Source of the DNA: Octopus vulgaris
Lineage: Eukaryota
Assembly: GCA_951406725.2 (NCBI GenBank)
Contig: OX597836.1
Coordinates: 2,170,001 to 2,234,000 of the forward strand
Length of the DNA stretch: 64,000 bases
Direction: 5' to 3'
In this document: piece after piece, positions 12,984-26,741 of the stretch
How positions within the stretch are numbered: the first letter of the stretch is position 1
Layout of the letters: the number at the start of each line of letters is the position of its first letter
The notes under the pieces: model-generated
Seen by the model: the letters and a program-made list of their open reading frames with translations, nothing else
Told to the model about the DNA's origin: nothing
Database searches by the model: none
Program-made: the position numbers and the translations under genes

Positions 12984-13030
12984 CATCATCATCATTATTA
13001 TTATTATTGTTGCTACTGTTGTTGTTGTTA
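12872..13030. repeat. (ATT)n/(ATC)n/(GTT)n compound microsatellite
   Basis: Direct reading. Confidence 0.95.
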
Positions 13031-13272
13031 GCATTTCAATTTTTCGCTTACCTTGCACTTATTCCGTCTGAACTGATTCTACTAACAATGGCGTGCTTCA
13101 TTCATCAGCAACAATTTGTCATTCTCTTAAATATACATACATTTATAAACACACAAAAAAGTGTGTCTGTGTGTCAGTGTGCGCGCGTGTGTGTGTGTGT
13201 GTGTGTGTGCGTGAATGCGTGTATATCAAAAGCTCTCTCTATCGAATAATTTATCAATATATATATGCATAC

Positions 13273-13323
<51 letters not shown>

Positions 13324-13373
13324 CAGATTCATATGTATGCATGTGTATACATGTATAGATTTGTATATGCATG

Positions 13374-13426
<53 letters not shown>

Positions 13427-14088
13427 GTATGAATGCGTGTATGAATGCAAACATATCTACGTGTGTATGTGTGTCTATATATATATATGCACGCGTGTAT
13501 GTGTGCATCTGCAGCCCGGTCGTCTGCTACGAGATCGTTTAGTCTTTAATGTATAATACACTTCAAATTTCTAATTCATTAGTAAGTCATAAGCGTCTGA
13601 TTAATTTTTCTCCGAATCTCAATACAAGAACATTTCAACAAGGAACCTGATTGAAGAAACAATTCGTCACGTTTTGTGTGTCCAATAATACGCTGATTGT
13701 ATTCATCACTACTGAACTCTAACAATCAGACAATTTGCTTAGAGTCTTAGACACTACAACGCTCGTCTTCTGTCAGAACATACCGTCACACGTCCTCCCC
13801 AACCATCTTTCTTTATCTCTCTCTCTCTCCCCTCTGTACACCTATCTCTCTCTCTCTCGTATTCAAGCTCTATACGTCATTATATGTACAGTGCAATATC
13901 CAACGAACTCAATCAATTCTCTCTCACTCCCGTTCCCGTATTCATTTATTTACCCTCTTTTACCGTTCGCTTATGTCTCTGTACGCATTTATGAATCATA
14001 GTCTACATACTGGGAGATATATTCTTATGTCAATGTGTAGAAACTCATATACTCACACACTCTCTCACACACACACGCATTTATATGC

Positions 14089-14119
<31 letters not shown>

Positions 14120-15060
14120 AAAGCACAAACATGTATATATATATACATACACACACACAGACATATATATGTATACATATATACACACACGCACATATAT
14201 ATATATATATATGCATGAATGTATGTATGCTTATATGTATATATCAGTCTCCAAGTATATTGCTCGAAATTACCTCTTTCTCATTGTTTCTCCCACTCTC
14301 TCCCTCTGTCGCTATCTCTGTAGTCAATCTATCTATCTCCCTTCTCTCTCTCTCTCTCTCTCTCTTCCTTCTCTCTCTTCACTCCTCTCTCTTTATTCTC
14401 TCCTTTTCTCTCCCTCTCCTTTCTCTCTCTCTCTCTCTCTCTGCTAAGTTAGGTATTCAATTCAGTCACTCCCATTTCAGCTCCAGGCCGATTCCTGTGT
14501 CTGTTATGTGATTGTATTGATTTTATTCATCGATCCGATTCAACTAAGCCGCCAAAATCATTCATTATACACTCATTAATAATTAGATAAGTAACGTCTA
14601 ACGCGAAAGGCTAGCTGGCTGGCGTAGATGAAATTATATATATATATATATGTGTGTGTGTGTTTGTGTGTTTGTGTGTGTACATAGATATATATACATA
14701 TGTGTATGTATCTGTGTTTGTATGCCATTGTGTGCATACATAATACATGCATACACACTTATGTATATATATATGTATGTATGTATGTATGTATATATAT
14801 GTGCATGCAACGATAAAGAAATAGACATATATGTACACACATGCAACTGACTATATATATGTGTGTGTGTAGATATGTGTGTCGCCATCTATTGTGAAAT
14901 GTGTGTTTATATACATTTGTACTAGGAAATTTCTGAATCTCTCGAATCACGTTCTTTGTAGAATCTGAGACATTTCGGAACCAAATTAGCAGAAATGTAT
15001 GAGTACAAATTGCGTAGAAGCATTAATGAGCGTCTGCAAGTATACCCATGGGGGTTGGGC

Positions 15061-15135
<75 letters not shown>

Positions 15136-15293
15136 GTATGTATATATATGTACATATAGATATGCATATACATCTGCGATATGTCTAATAACGTACATGA
15201 GAGTATTTGTGTAATCGTTGCATGTGTGTATGTGTCTCTGTGTGTGTTTGTATACTCATATAGACATGTAAAGGCATACATTCACATACACTC

Positions 15294-15377
<84 letters not shown>

Positions 15378-16264
15378 ATGTATAAATGCATTTACATGTA
15401 TACGTATACATATTTGTATACAGACCACCTAACACTCACTCACACATACACAAGCTCTCACACATTGTTGGTATTTCGGGATTCACCCTTTTAGAATCCC
15501 TTTCGTTTTAGTTGACAACCCTGTCAGCAGATACTGTTCATCCACCCGAGGCAGAGTATTGTGGATCTTCACCGACATCATTCAACTTGTTTGATTGCTT
15601 CAGATCTAAACCAATGTCTCTAGAACTGGACAATTATGCGTCATTTTTTTTCGAAATGATGGCTGTCCACTTTGCGACAGGAGTAAGTCCAAACATTCAC
15701 AGACATTTGCAAAGTAATTGCACCCTATTAATTCTGTCATCTTTAATTTCCCTTAACTTGCATTCTCCGCTGCAAAAACTAGACCGTCTTGCAGCACAGA
15801 TAAGCGTTGCATTTAATTATATTTAAATACTGAAATGTAAGTATCCATGAAAAGCACAAACAGTAGAAGATATACAAAATGTATGTGAAGCCATAACTAC
15901 AGACTAGCGACGTTTGGAATTGTTTATATTAATTTAATTAATAATTGTTAAGTAACAAACAATGTTGCAACCATTAGTTGTGACTCGTGCGTCATATGCT
16001 TGTATGTCCGTGTTTGTGTATGTTCTATGTATGTGTGTGTGTAAGCGTGTGTTTGTATATGTATGCAACTCTGTCTCCTTGTGTGTGCATGTCTGTGTAT
16101 GTGTGTGTGTTATGCAACTATGTACCATGTTTGTATGTATGGATATGCATCTCTATATGTGTGTATCCGTGTCTCCATATGTGTCCTTGTATGGAGTAAA
16201 GTGTGCGTGTGTGTATATATGATCATGTGTGTCAGTCTCCATGTATGTATAGATACATACAGAT

Positions 16265-16314
<50 letters not shown>

Positions 16315-16485
16315 GTATATATATACATACACATGCATACATATGCGTAGACACACACAAGCGCACAAACAAACAAAAAGGAACGCAGTGTAAATAACGG
16401 ACAGAGTCAAGACTATTGAAAAGGTTGCAATACGCAACGACACAACAGTACATACATACACACACACACACATACATATATATAT

Positions 16486-16678
16486 AGTTAATCCAAACAT
16501 GAAAACACAAAGAGAAAACACAACAACGCGAGGACGTGGAACAAGACGCTCAGGAAAGAAGGAAAGAAGGAGGGTTTAGCATTTCGAGCGGAGCTCTTCG
16601 TCAGAAACATAGGAAAAGGAAAGATTCAAAGAAGGGAAGACGGAGGAAAAAATCGCCTACGGTACACACGCGGTCACA
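16486..16678 (-). mobile_element. Short non-autonomous pLTR-like element with minimal hammerhead motif
   Basis: Near-identical to 56352-56570 apart from a small deletion; flanked by TA/CA microsatellite. Confidence 0.78.
16574..16608 (-). ncRNA. Minimal type I hammerhead ribozyme-like motif
   Basis: Minus strand GTTT-CTGACGA-A-GAGC-TCC-GCTC-GAAA-TGCT-AAAC: canonical CUGANGA and GAAA boxes, 4-bp stem II, 4-bp stem I. The cleavage region is mutated. Confidence 0.6.
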
Positions 16679-16689
16679 TATATATATTT

Positions 16690-17040
16690 ATAGAAAGGAG
16701 CATTGGTTACAGAACAACATTTAAGTTTGAGTGAACGACTTTACATACAACAGCACCCCTCAAATAAAAAAATCATCTTGGCGCAGAAACACATACAGAT
16801 AATGCATATACATAAAATCACAGAAGGTGAAAGTATATAATCGAATAAAATACAAATAGAACGGCCAATCAAAGATGCTAAATATAAACGGCTAAAAATT
16901 CAAAAACTACCGAAAAACTCAATAGACAAATATAGAATAATTAAACTTAAATAAATATCCACCGACTAAAAAAAAAGTTGTATCAGGCGATTAAAACAGT
17001 TTTTTTAAATTAAAAACTTCAAAAAAAATATTTGAAAAAG
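16690..17040 (-). repeat. Left arm of long inverted repeat (partner 17955-18306)
   Basis: The reverse complement of 16811-16911 matches 18075-18175 with few mismatches; similarity extends with indels on both sides. Confidence 0.9.
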
Positions 17041-17430
17041 TCTTGTACTTCCTTTATACAAATAGATCCCCTTGATGGGAGTCTGTCTAATTACTAATGC
17101 AATTTATAAATGCATTAAGGATGAGGATAATTTAGATAATTTTTGTATAGGTAGTACGGTAAATAGTAAGGCTAGGTTTAGGACCGACATGAGCTGGTTT
17201 TCAAAATGAAAAATACGGTAGCTCTACCACACTCGCATATTAAAGAGGAATAATTAGAGTTATTCTCTGGAATGGTCCATTATTTCGAGAGACCCTTACT
17301 TCAGTGTACATATAAATAAGAGTAAGTTGTGTGTAAACGAATCCCTTGCCATCCATTAAGTCTTTTGGGCCAAAATGTTTGAATAAATTTACTGAGGTGA
17401 TTCCTTTTTGCAACAATAGGTTTTCGTCCA
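17040..17430 (+). mobile_element. Second Penelope-like GIY-YIG endonuclease relic (different subtype)
   Basis: PLDG.CLITNAIYKC..NFCIGSTVNSKARFRTDMS.FQNEKYGSSTTLA..LEWSIISRDPY..KLCVNESLAI..CLNKFTEVIPFC matches the PLE EN pattern CPL.G.CL..N.IY..YIG.T..W.I..C.LC..E..LN...E. Confidence 0.8.
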
Positions 17431-17774
17431 CCTTTTCCAAAGTGTATAGAAATAAAAGTAGATGTAATAAAATTGTTTAGCGTTACCGAGATTTGAAACC
17501 GGCGACGTTGAATTACTGTTAACTGCTTAACTGTTTAGCAATAGACTTTTTTTTATTAAAAATTTCGACTGGTCCGTTGACGGGTTTTTCTTTTAAATTA
17601 TTTAAGCTTTTTTCATTAGGGTATCAGCTTTTCTTCAAAAATAATTTTGATCTGTGCGGGTCTCATGTTTCCTGTATTTTCTTGATGGGGGGGGGGGACG
17701 TGGTCTTCGCATTGTGTTACACTTTAGTGTAAATAAACCTACTGTAGTCAGCTCCCGAAATGGCCATAGATACA

Positions 17775-17955
17775 TGTATATGTGAATGTTTAATTTGACC
17801 TGTGAAGCCCGCTCGTTATGAACTTTTGGACGTACTTGAGTGGAGGGATTAAAAGACCTTTTTCAAGATGTATGTGAATTTGACCCGTGAAAGTCTGTTT
17901 ACCTATGAACTTTGGACATACTCGTATGAGGTAAGTGAAATACCTTTTCAAATAT
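17775..17955. repeat. Diverged tandem duplication of a ~90-bp unit
   Basis: ATGTGAAT..TTTGACC.GTGAA..TATGAACTTT.GGAC.TACT..GAGG..ACCTTTT.CAA occurs twice. Confidence 0.75.
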
Positions 17956-18306
17956 CTTTTCAAATATTGAAAAAAAAAAGATTTTTAATTTTTAAAAAGT
18001 ATTTTAATCATCTGATATTTATTTTAGTTAAATTTTTACTTTTACTTATTTTATATATGTCTTGTAGGTTTGTTGGTAGTTTTTGAATTATTAGCCGTTT
18101 ATATTCATCATTTTTGATCGGCCGTTCTATTTGTATTTTATTCGATTATATACTTTCACCTTCTGCAATTTTATGTATTACTTTTATGTGTTTGTGAACG
18201 ATAGTGATTTTTTATATGTGATTAAATGCCTGAGGGGTGGGGGGGCGTTGTATGTTAGGTCGTTACCCCAGATTTGATGTTCGTACTATAAGCAATGCTT
18301 CTTTAT
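17955..18306 (+). repeat. Right arm of long inverted repeat (partner 16690-17040)
   Basis: See left arm. Confidence 0.9.
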
Positions 18307-18540
18307 CTTTGTCTCATTTATATTTGAACACTTGTCTTTTGAACCCAAATATGTTCATAGTAACATTAGTCTGACAAATTTTGGGTATTCATAATTATAC
18401 CCTCTGATGCATATGTATACAGATACGGTCACATGTGCACAGGTAAAATTCAGTTTTTATCCACTGTAAATATTTTGGCAGGAATCCATACTTTTGCATT
18501 TTCGATTCAAAACAGAACATTTTTACTTTCACTTAGTGTC

Positions 18541-18581
<41 letters not shown>

Positions 18582-19420
18582 TTTAAATTAAACATCTAAT
18601 TTTGTGACCATATGATATGTATTCGCTTCTAGGGAAATTATGAAAATCCTTATTTTTATGTATGTGTGTATATATATATATATGAGTGTGTGTGTGTGTG
18701 TCTGTGTGTTTATATGTGTGTATGTATATGTATACAGATGCTTATTTTAATTCGCCAATGCTATAACGTTTGTGAAAATATGGATATATTTTCGCTCGAG
18801 CCATGTTATGCATATTAAAGACGCAAAACGACATTTATTCCGCTACGTTCTCTAAATTTATTCTGCGATCACTTTATATAACATAACGGAAAGAAATATT
18901 TTATTGTCTATTTTCCCACCCACAACTTGGTCACTGACAGTATTTATATTGCGTCAGTTTAGAAGAAAAGCGTACGATTCTGTCTTTATTTTTCCATTCC
19001 AATCAAGCGATCGAGGACAGCTGAAAATGCCATTCACACCTTGTCTAAATGGTGGTTGGTATATTCCTTGAACACGCCATAACGTATGAATCTCTTATAA
19101 ATTATTATCTTTCAATGCAATGCAGTTAACATCAAATTTCTTCTAACTAAAACTCTCAATATACAGACAAAGGCACACAGATCTAGAAACGGGTAAAAAC
19201 AAAACGCTGAACTAGAACAAATTCTTCCCAAAACCCACATTTTGCTTTCACCAATCCACAGGCTAACTCACTGCGAATCAATAAGCTATCCATGAATAAC
19301 AATTATTAATTCTTCCCGGACTAAAATAAAAGCAGAATGAAACCACTAAACGCGTCATGCATTGCTCCTTTTCATGTTACTAAGCATACAAACACATACA
19401 TGTACGTGTCCGTATGTATG

Positions 19421-19496
<76 letters not shown>

Positions 19497-19497
<1 letters not shown>

Positions 19498-19693
19498 TTC
19501 TTTCTGTGTGATTTTTCTCTGTGTATCTTTCTGTTGAAGAGCGTAGGCTCGAAACGTTAAAGATTTGTTTTATTTATATTTCCTGAGCGCCATACTAATA
19601 CAATTGTTTGTTTGTTTTCCACCTGCCTTCGTCTTTTGTTTATTTCCGTAAACCTGCCTTCGTCTTTTGTCTATTTTCATAAAGCTTCCCGTT
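19497..19693 (+). mobile_element. Short non-autonomous pLTR-like element with minimal hammerhead motif
   Basis: Homologous to 6268-6465; lies between (CA)n/(TA)n runs; internal duplication of ACCTGCCTTCGTCTTTTGT. Confidence 0.78.
19525..19564 (+). ncRNA. Minimal type I hammerhead ribozyme-like motif (A6U core variant)
   Basis: ATCTTT-CTGTTGA-A-GAGC-GTAG-GCTC-GAAAC-GTT-AAAGAT: 6-bp stem I, 4-bp stem II, palindromic AACGTT stem III region, GUU triplet. Confidence 0.6.
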
Positions 19694-20641
19694 ATATATA
19701 TATACACTGATCGTAAATGAAGGCAGGGTACTTTCTCCTTTCTCTCAGAAAAGTGTATGATCCCTCGTTTAATGATCCATCAGAAGAGACACCCTCCCAT
19801 TTTACTGAACATCAATCATACGGAGAAAATTGTTTTACATTATTATATAACCCACGGCGTCTCTTCGTATCACTCAGCGTCTTTTCATATAATTACACTT
19901 CGTTTGATCCATGTCGTTTCCTAAAACGTTGCTCCATCAATTTCCATTTATTCCTAAAACGTCTTCCACTCTGTCTCATTCGTTTAATATGGCTCCTAAA
20001 TAGATTCATTGATGTTTACTTTTATTTTATAACCTCAGCGAAGAGCAGAAATATGTAGGGTAATCTATTCACTCTGACCCTTTTGTTCTAATTTAGGTTT
20101 GCGTAATGAATAGCATAGCAATTCTATGAATTTGGTAACGGAGCATACGTAATTCTATTTTGATGAGCAGTGAGCATGCAATGAAATTGCCAGTCTGAGA
20201 ACTGCTACTGTCCTTTCACTGTACATCAGTAGTTCGTCTTCATATACGTATTTGAGATACAGCGAGATTATAGACTACTGAGTTTTAACCGATTCCCGAT
20301 TTTCGGACTGTTGCGGAGAGACGTTGCTTAATTAACATCGAGCCGCCAAAACTACGTAGATTTAAAATCATTTGTCCAACACTGTGGTGGCTCAATTCAT
20401 TAGTGCTTTCGGAATTGCATATCTCTGCTATTGATTGAATAAGGAATCCGGCGTACTTCTTTTGAGATGCAGTCAACAAGCCGTGCCAATGCCCCGTAAA
20501 CGCTTCTCCCCTGCCTTTCTCTGCGAATCAACAGAATTAATATAATATATTTAAATTCTTTATTTAACGCATACCATGTCTTTATCCCGTATTCTAATTT
20601 ATTTAACCACGTGTCTGTACACACACACACATATATATATA

Positions 20642-20688
<47 letters not shown>

Positions 20689-20693
<5 letters not shown>

Positions 20694-20780
20694 ATACAAA
20701 CAAGAAAAAACAACGTGGTACAAGTACTGTATTATCAGACTCTCAGGAAAGGAAGGAAAGCGGGATTTAACGTTTCGAGC

Positions 20781-20781
<1 letters not shown>
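20689..20781 (-). mobile_element. Truncated copy of the pLTR/hammerhead element (3' half)
   Basis: Minus strand CGCTCGAAACGTTAAAT..TTTCCTGAGAGTCTGATAATAC, same layout as 16486-16678; (TA)n on both sides. Confidence 0.65.
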
Positions 20782-20862
<81 letters not shown>

Positions 20863-21655
20863 ATGAATATATGTAGTCAAGGCTAATCTGTATGCGTTTA
20901 AATCGACGCAACTATTTTGCATTATACAAAACATTCCATATAATCAATTTATTAAAGGGTAAATAACCCAGGTAAAGACACCCATTTCATTGGCTGGCAT
21001 AACTACATTTAGTATTAAGTATTCGTGGCATTAAAATTTTCTATAATCAGTGAAATCATTGCTACATCATGGCCAGAGTCAATGTAATGAAATGAGCAAA
21101 ACAATAATCATATATAAAAGAAAAAATAAAATTCCAAAGATTAGTGCCATTTCTGTAATCGTTCTTTGGTTGTTTTCTTTGTTGCTGGTCTTTGCAAATA
21201 TAAAACCATTAGCACTATTTGACTCTATCGAAAGAAGCATTCTTGCATCGGTAACGTTTTCTTCTTATCTCGTTCATCTTTCGATATTGAGTCTGCAATT
21301 TCAACCAAATTCAATTTACTTTCCTCAACTTGGCTCTCTAACAGAAACTAATTCACAGAACTTTCGAATATCAAGAATTCCGTCTCGAGATTAAAAGTTT
21401 GTTTCCTCAATTTCTCTTTATTCCTGCTTCGTCTCTCGCTCGGTCTCGCTTATTTAATCTATCTCACAATCTGTGAGAATATATTAGCACAGCCACACAT
21501 ACAAACATTCTCTCTCTTTCTCGTAAACACATACGCAAATGCGCACGTACACACGCACAAACACACACAAACACACGTGATGTGACCTACACAAGAACAT
21601 ACAAGCATCGATAGCGAAGCGCATACTCATACACTCACATAAGAGGCCTATATTA

Positions 21656-21704
<49 letters not shown>

Positions 21705-21944
21705 CACACATACATAAATATGCATATATGTATATAAATATATATGCGTGGGTATATATACATACATACACACACACAGACTAACATATGTATGTTTACC
21801 TACATACGTATATATTCATGCATATATATATATATATATATATATATTCTATATATATCATATATACATATGTATATATTCATATATACATATGTATATA
21901 TTCATATATACATATGTATGTGTGTGTACATAACTATATGTGTG

Positions 21945-21998
<54 letters not shown>

Positions 21999-23109
21999 TG
22001 TATATATACGCTTACACACATACGTACATAGAGATATTGTTTGTATGTCTATTATAAATATAAATACATACAAACATCTACACAGTCAATTCTTTCTCCA
22101 GACTTGTTGACTATTTATTCCCGTCTCATTTTGACACTATTTCATATTCTTTATCGATTTTTTTTCGTTGTTTTCTCTTTCAGAATTTTAGAAAAAATAA
22201 AGTCCTCTCTAACCTAGTAACTAATTTTTCGTTTCTTTTTAAGTATATCATATTTCTCAAATATTTTTTTTGTGGGGATTCTGTTCGCTTCATCATGCTT
22301 GTAGTACTCCAGCTGATTCTGTTTCAACTCTCTCACGTGCTTGTTAATTGACACAAACGCGCTCTCTCTTCGCAATTACTCACGTACTTCAGACGCTGCC
22401 CAGTTCAATTCTAGTTCCTTTCATTTTTATTCTTCTCTTAGATTTTTCACTATTTACATGTGAATTATATCTGAATGCTATCCCATGATAAATATTTTGG
22501 CAGCGGACTGTTCTATATCCAACTTAAACAAACTCACACACACACACAGAGAAAAACACATACTCACGCTTTCGATTATATAGATCGATATAACTTACAG
22601 AGGAACATGGTGCCAAACGTGTTACGACCGTTTCCCGCACTGTGCACTCTATGCATTTCTGTGTCAACGAAGATATCAAATTTCAGTTTAAAATAACATT
22701 AAAGGTTAGGCAATATTTATTTACATTCCTGAAAGTGGAACTGTATTTGGTTGACAAGTTCAGAGGAAATTCTCACATCTCAAAGATGAGTGCGTTTGTA
22801 GTGTGTATGTGGAATTTAAAGAATACTCATTTCTCACTCCATATATCTAAAATAGACGAAACCGAGTGGATCTCCTTCCTGAATTCGACAAATGAAAGTG
22901 ATTAAAGAACGAATAAGTGAATATCTAACAGAAATATATCAAGTCAGCAATATTCACCTTTGTTGCACGGAGAAAGAATACTTATACGACATTTGTTAAC
23001 TTTGAAATTAAAGGAGAAATTATTTCTATGAAAAGGAGTAAATGTTTAATGTAAAGGTTTAGTGGGAGAATCATCCTGTTAGAGTAATGTCAACATGCTA
23101 ACATAGCGC

Positions 23110-23345
23110 GGTAGTCCTGTAAGGGACGATGCTACTGTTGTTTTAGCAATTTTTCCAGCTGGCTAATGACACACAGTATGTGTCCTTATATAGCATTTAC
23201 AAGGAATACCATCGCTCTCACAGATCTTGGTCTCTGGATGTTACCCGTCTTCAGGGTGAGAGAATCACACAGCTAGTGACGAAGGCTATCTCCACTCGCA
23301 AATACTATATATTCTTTAAGCGACACACAATTACTGATCTCATAT
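23110..23345 (+). repeat. Unclassified interspersed repeat, copy 1
   Basis: TCCAGCTGG..GACACACA..TGTGTCC..CATCGCTC..CAGCTAGT..CCACTCGCAAA..TTACTGATC is collinear with 30215-30445. Confidence 0.7.
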
Positions 23346-24449
23346 GGAGAAAAACATGTTTTAGATCTATGTTTTCAAGCAAGAGACAGCAACAAGCATT
23401 TTCTTTAGCTGGACCGCTATGTTACATGAACGGGAACCTATCATCAGCGATGGTCAGTCGGTGTGGGGGTCAAAAACTGACCCAAAGGCACACGATATTT
23501 AGCTACGTTCATTTACTTTTAAACTTTGTTAATTAGAGTGACTAAGATATATCCAAAACTCATATTGTACAATAGAAATCTCTAACAAGCGATCGCCCGA
23601 CCTGGTTAGCCTCTAGTGTGCTGCTAAATGCCTAACACATGAGAATATCTCCATCGTGGTTCAATGCTTTTGAAAAACGTTCAGGCGGTATTTTCTATAA
23701 CAGAATAAATTAGCTTTTAAACATTAATCCTTAATAACTTTAAATGCTCTTGTGTGAGTGAGTGTATGTAGTGTGCATTTTTATGTGTGCACGCGTAAAA
23801 GAAGAGGTGATAGTGGCGAGTAGAAAGGATGTATTAAATGCAGTAATGAAAACTTGAGTAAAGTGGGGTACTAAAACAAATAGTCATATTGTGTATTGCG
23901 TGGGCTAGAGTTCTAAGAAAGACCATGAAATAAAAGATTGGCCACTATTAACGGATAAAATGCAGTTTAAATTTTTTGGGATCAGAAGAAGGAAAAGATG
24001 ACCCCAAAACATTAGAACAATTCAAACAGTATTGTAGAAATACATATCGATTTTGTCCTTTTTCGCCTGGACATTTTCTTCATAAAAAACATTGCTTCTT
24101 TAGTGTCAGTATGTTGTTCCTACCTTCGTTTCAATGAAGCTCGATATTTAAAAGAGAAAAAAAACGCACACACAACGCTTATTTTATTTTTCGCTTTCTA
24201 CACTATATCTAAATTCTAAGGTATGTCTTCTAATCGCCTTTACGTATTCTTCGTCCTTATGTCTGCATCTTGCACTTAAACTGACGCTGTATACTAACAT
24301 CGCAACGTATTATTTCAGATCTCAGCTATTCTTTTTGTTTCTATCACAATTTAATTATTTCTCAACCATTTCTTTTCTCCCATTAAACAGTTACTCTTTT
24401 TACTTTATCAAATTTGTTTATATATTTCTCATTAACCATTTTATCTTTT

Positions 24450-24785
24450 CACTTTTTGCTTGTTTCGTTCATTAGACGGCGAACATGCTGTGGCACCGAC
24501 AAGAAGAATTTTTTGTTGAATCAATGAACTCCAGGTTTTATGTTGTTGAACCTGGTAATTTATCGCTCCTTTTTATCGAACCGCTAACACAGCAAGACCA
24601 TTTGACGTGGGGACAAACACACGCATATACATGACAGGTTCATTTCAGTTTTCCTTAACCAGATCTACTCACAAGTCTTTGGTTGGTTGAGGGCTATTAT
24701 AGAAGACACTTGCCCAAGGTGCGATATTGTAGCATTGAAATCAAAATCATATGGTTTGTAGTTAAACTACTTACTACGCAGCCAC
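24450..24785 (-). mobile_element. SINE family A, old degraded copy
   Basis: AGAAGACACTTGCCCAAGGTGC, CTCACAAGTCTTTGGT and tail remnants in reverse orientation. Confidence 0.8.
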
Positions 24786-25193
24786 CAGATGTTTATTCTC
24801 GACTTGTTTCCAGACTGTGCATTAAATTAGTCAAAGATTATTTCCTGAACTGTTTCTTAGCAGTAAATACCGAAAGTATCTCCCTTATTGATTTAGTTTT
24901 TTTTTCTTTTGCTATTCAATTTTGTGTCTCTCGTTATTAATTTTGATATTGTATTTCGTCAACAGCCAGTCGTATGATGAAACAGATTCCATTAATTTTG
25001 ACATGTCATAACACCTGTCCAATCAGCTTCAAGTGTTTGTTTGATTATTTGCAAATAACTTTCATTTTTATCTGTTTTAAACAATTGCATTGATCTAAAA
25101 GTTCATTGCTGTCTGCAGATCAATCAAGTGAAACTCCTCCGAGTAATTGTATGGGATTTTTGTTAGCAACAACATAATATACGCACAAATATG

Positions 25194-25254
<61 letters not shown>

Positions 25255-26391
25255 ATACACAGACATAGACCCATAACTACATGTATATATATATTTATAA
25301 ATATATAGATTTATAAATATATATATCTATAAATATATATATTTATAAATATATATATATATATATACATACACACCTATACATATGTATATATATATAT
25401 ATTTACGATTGAGTGGACAAACAAAAGTAATTTGTGTTCAACACATTTGCTATTCAATTTTATAAATATTTGTCTATTTACCTATCTGTCACTATATTTA
25501 TCTATTCATACGCATGATCGTACACAGTGTACATATATACAGGAGAAAGAGAGAGAGAGAGAGAAAGAAATCCATATATTTCTATATATATATTGTTATA
25601 TATGTATATATGTGCGTTGGTATATGCATGTGATGGTATATGCATGTGTGGGTATATGTGTGCGTTGGTATATATATGTGTGTATATATATTTATGTCGC
25701 GATTGTCCAAGATTGATCGCAATGAATGAATGAAACAAAGACGGTGAATAGAACGTTGCTCTTTGACACAAACTGATCGAATCAAATCAGGTGGAGACCA
25801 CAATGTCCTTTCATTGCGGATGCAAAGTGAATCTAATACAGTTTCCCACTAAAAACGCTTGCCCTGAACTTGACCAAAGCCAAATTTTACGATTAGGTTT
25901 TATTATCTCGCTTTGATGTCTACCTAACCTATCAAATGTCGTGGAAGTGCAAAAATTTACATCAACTAACCTACGAGACAGAGTTTCACTGATTGCAAAC
26001 ACTTCTCTCTCTTCATTTATAAAACTTAAACCGGAATATCAAAAGTGACAACCATGGTAGTAACGGATGAGAGTCTAGCGTTAGACACGTGCACCCACGC
26101 ACACATATAAAGGCACAAACACACAGCACACACAGTTGTATGCATATATGTGTGTGTGTGTGTAGTGCGGTGTAACTGTGAAAGTATTTTTCGCGTATGA
26201 CCGGCAGTAAGTAGACAAACATAAATCTGAAAACCTATATCATATTATATCTCATCGAGGCATTTATTTACTGAAAGGGCTTTGCAACTAATTAGTGGTT
26301 TGTTGGAGCTATGACCATTGAATGGAGTAAATGAATCTCGAATTTATCCACACTCACCCCTACACACACACACATCACACATGCACATACA

Positions 26392-26428
<37 letters not shown>

Positions 26429-26504
26429 GTGTGTATGTTTATATATGAATATATGTATATAATATATATATATGTGTACACGTATACGTATGTATGTTTA
26501 AATA

Positions 26505-26548
<44 letters not shown>

Positions 26549-26670
26549 CACATACATATACTTACTTACTGACATACAGAGACACACACACATATATATA
26601 TGAAATATGAATCAATCTTTTTTTTATATACATATATGCCTGTCTGCTAATAAACAAATATCTATATATA

Positions 26671-26741
<71 letters not shown>

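Noticed and set aside
15500-15830. 104-aa ORF or possible LINE thumb relic (EYC motif)
   Set aside because: Similarity is too weak and there is no splice or codon support for a gene.
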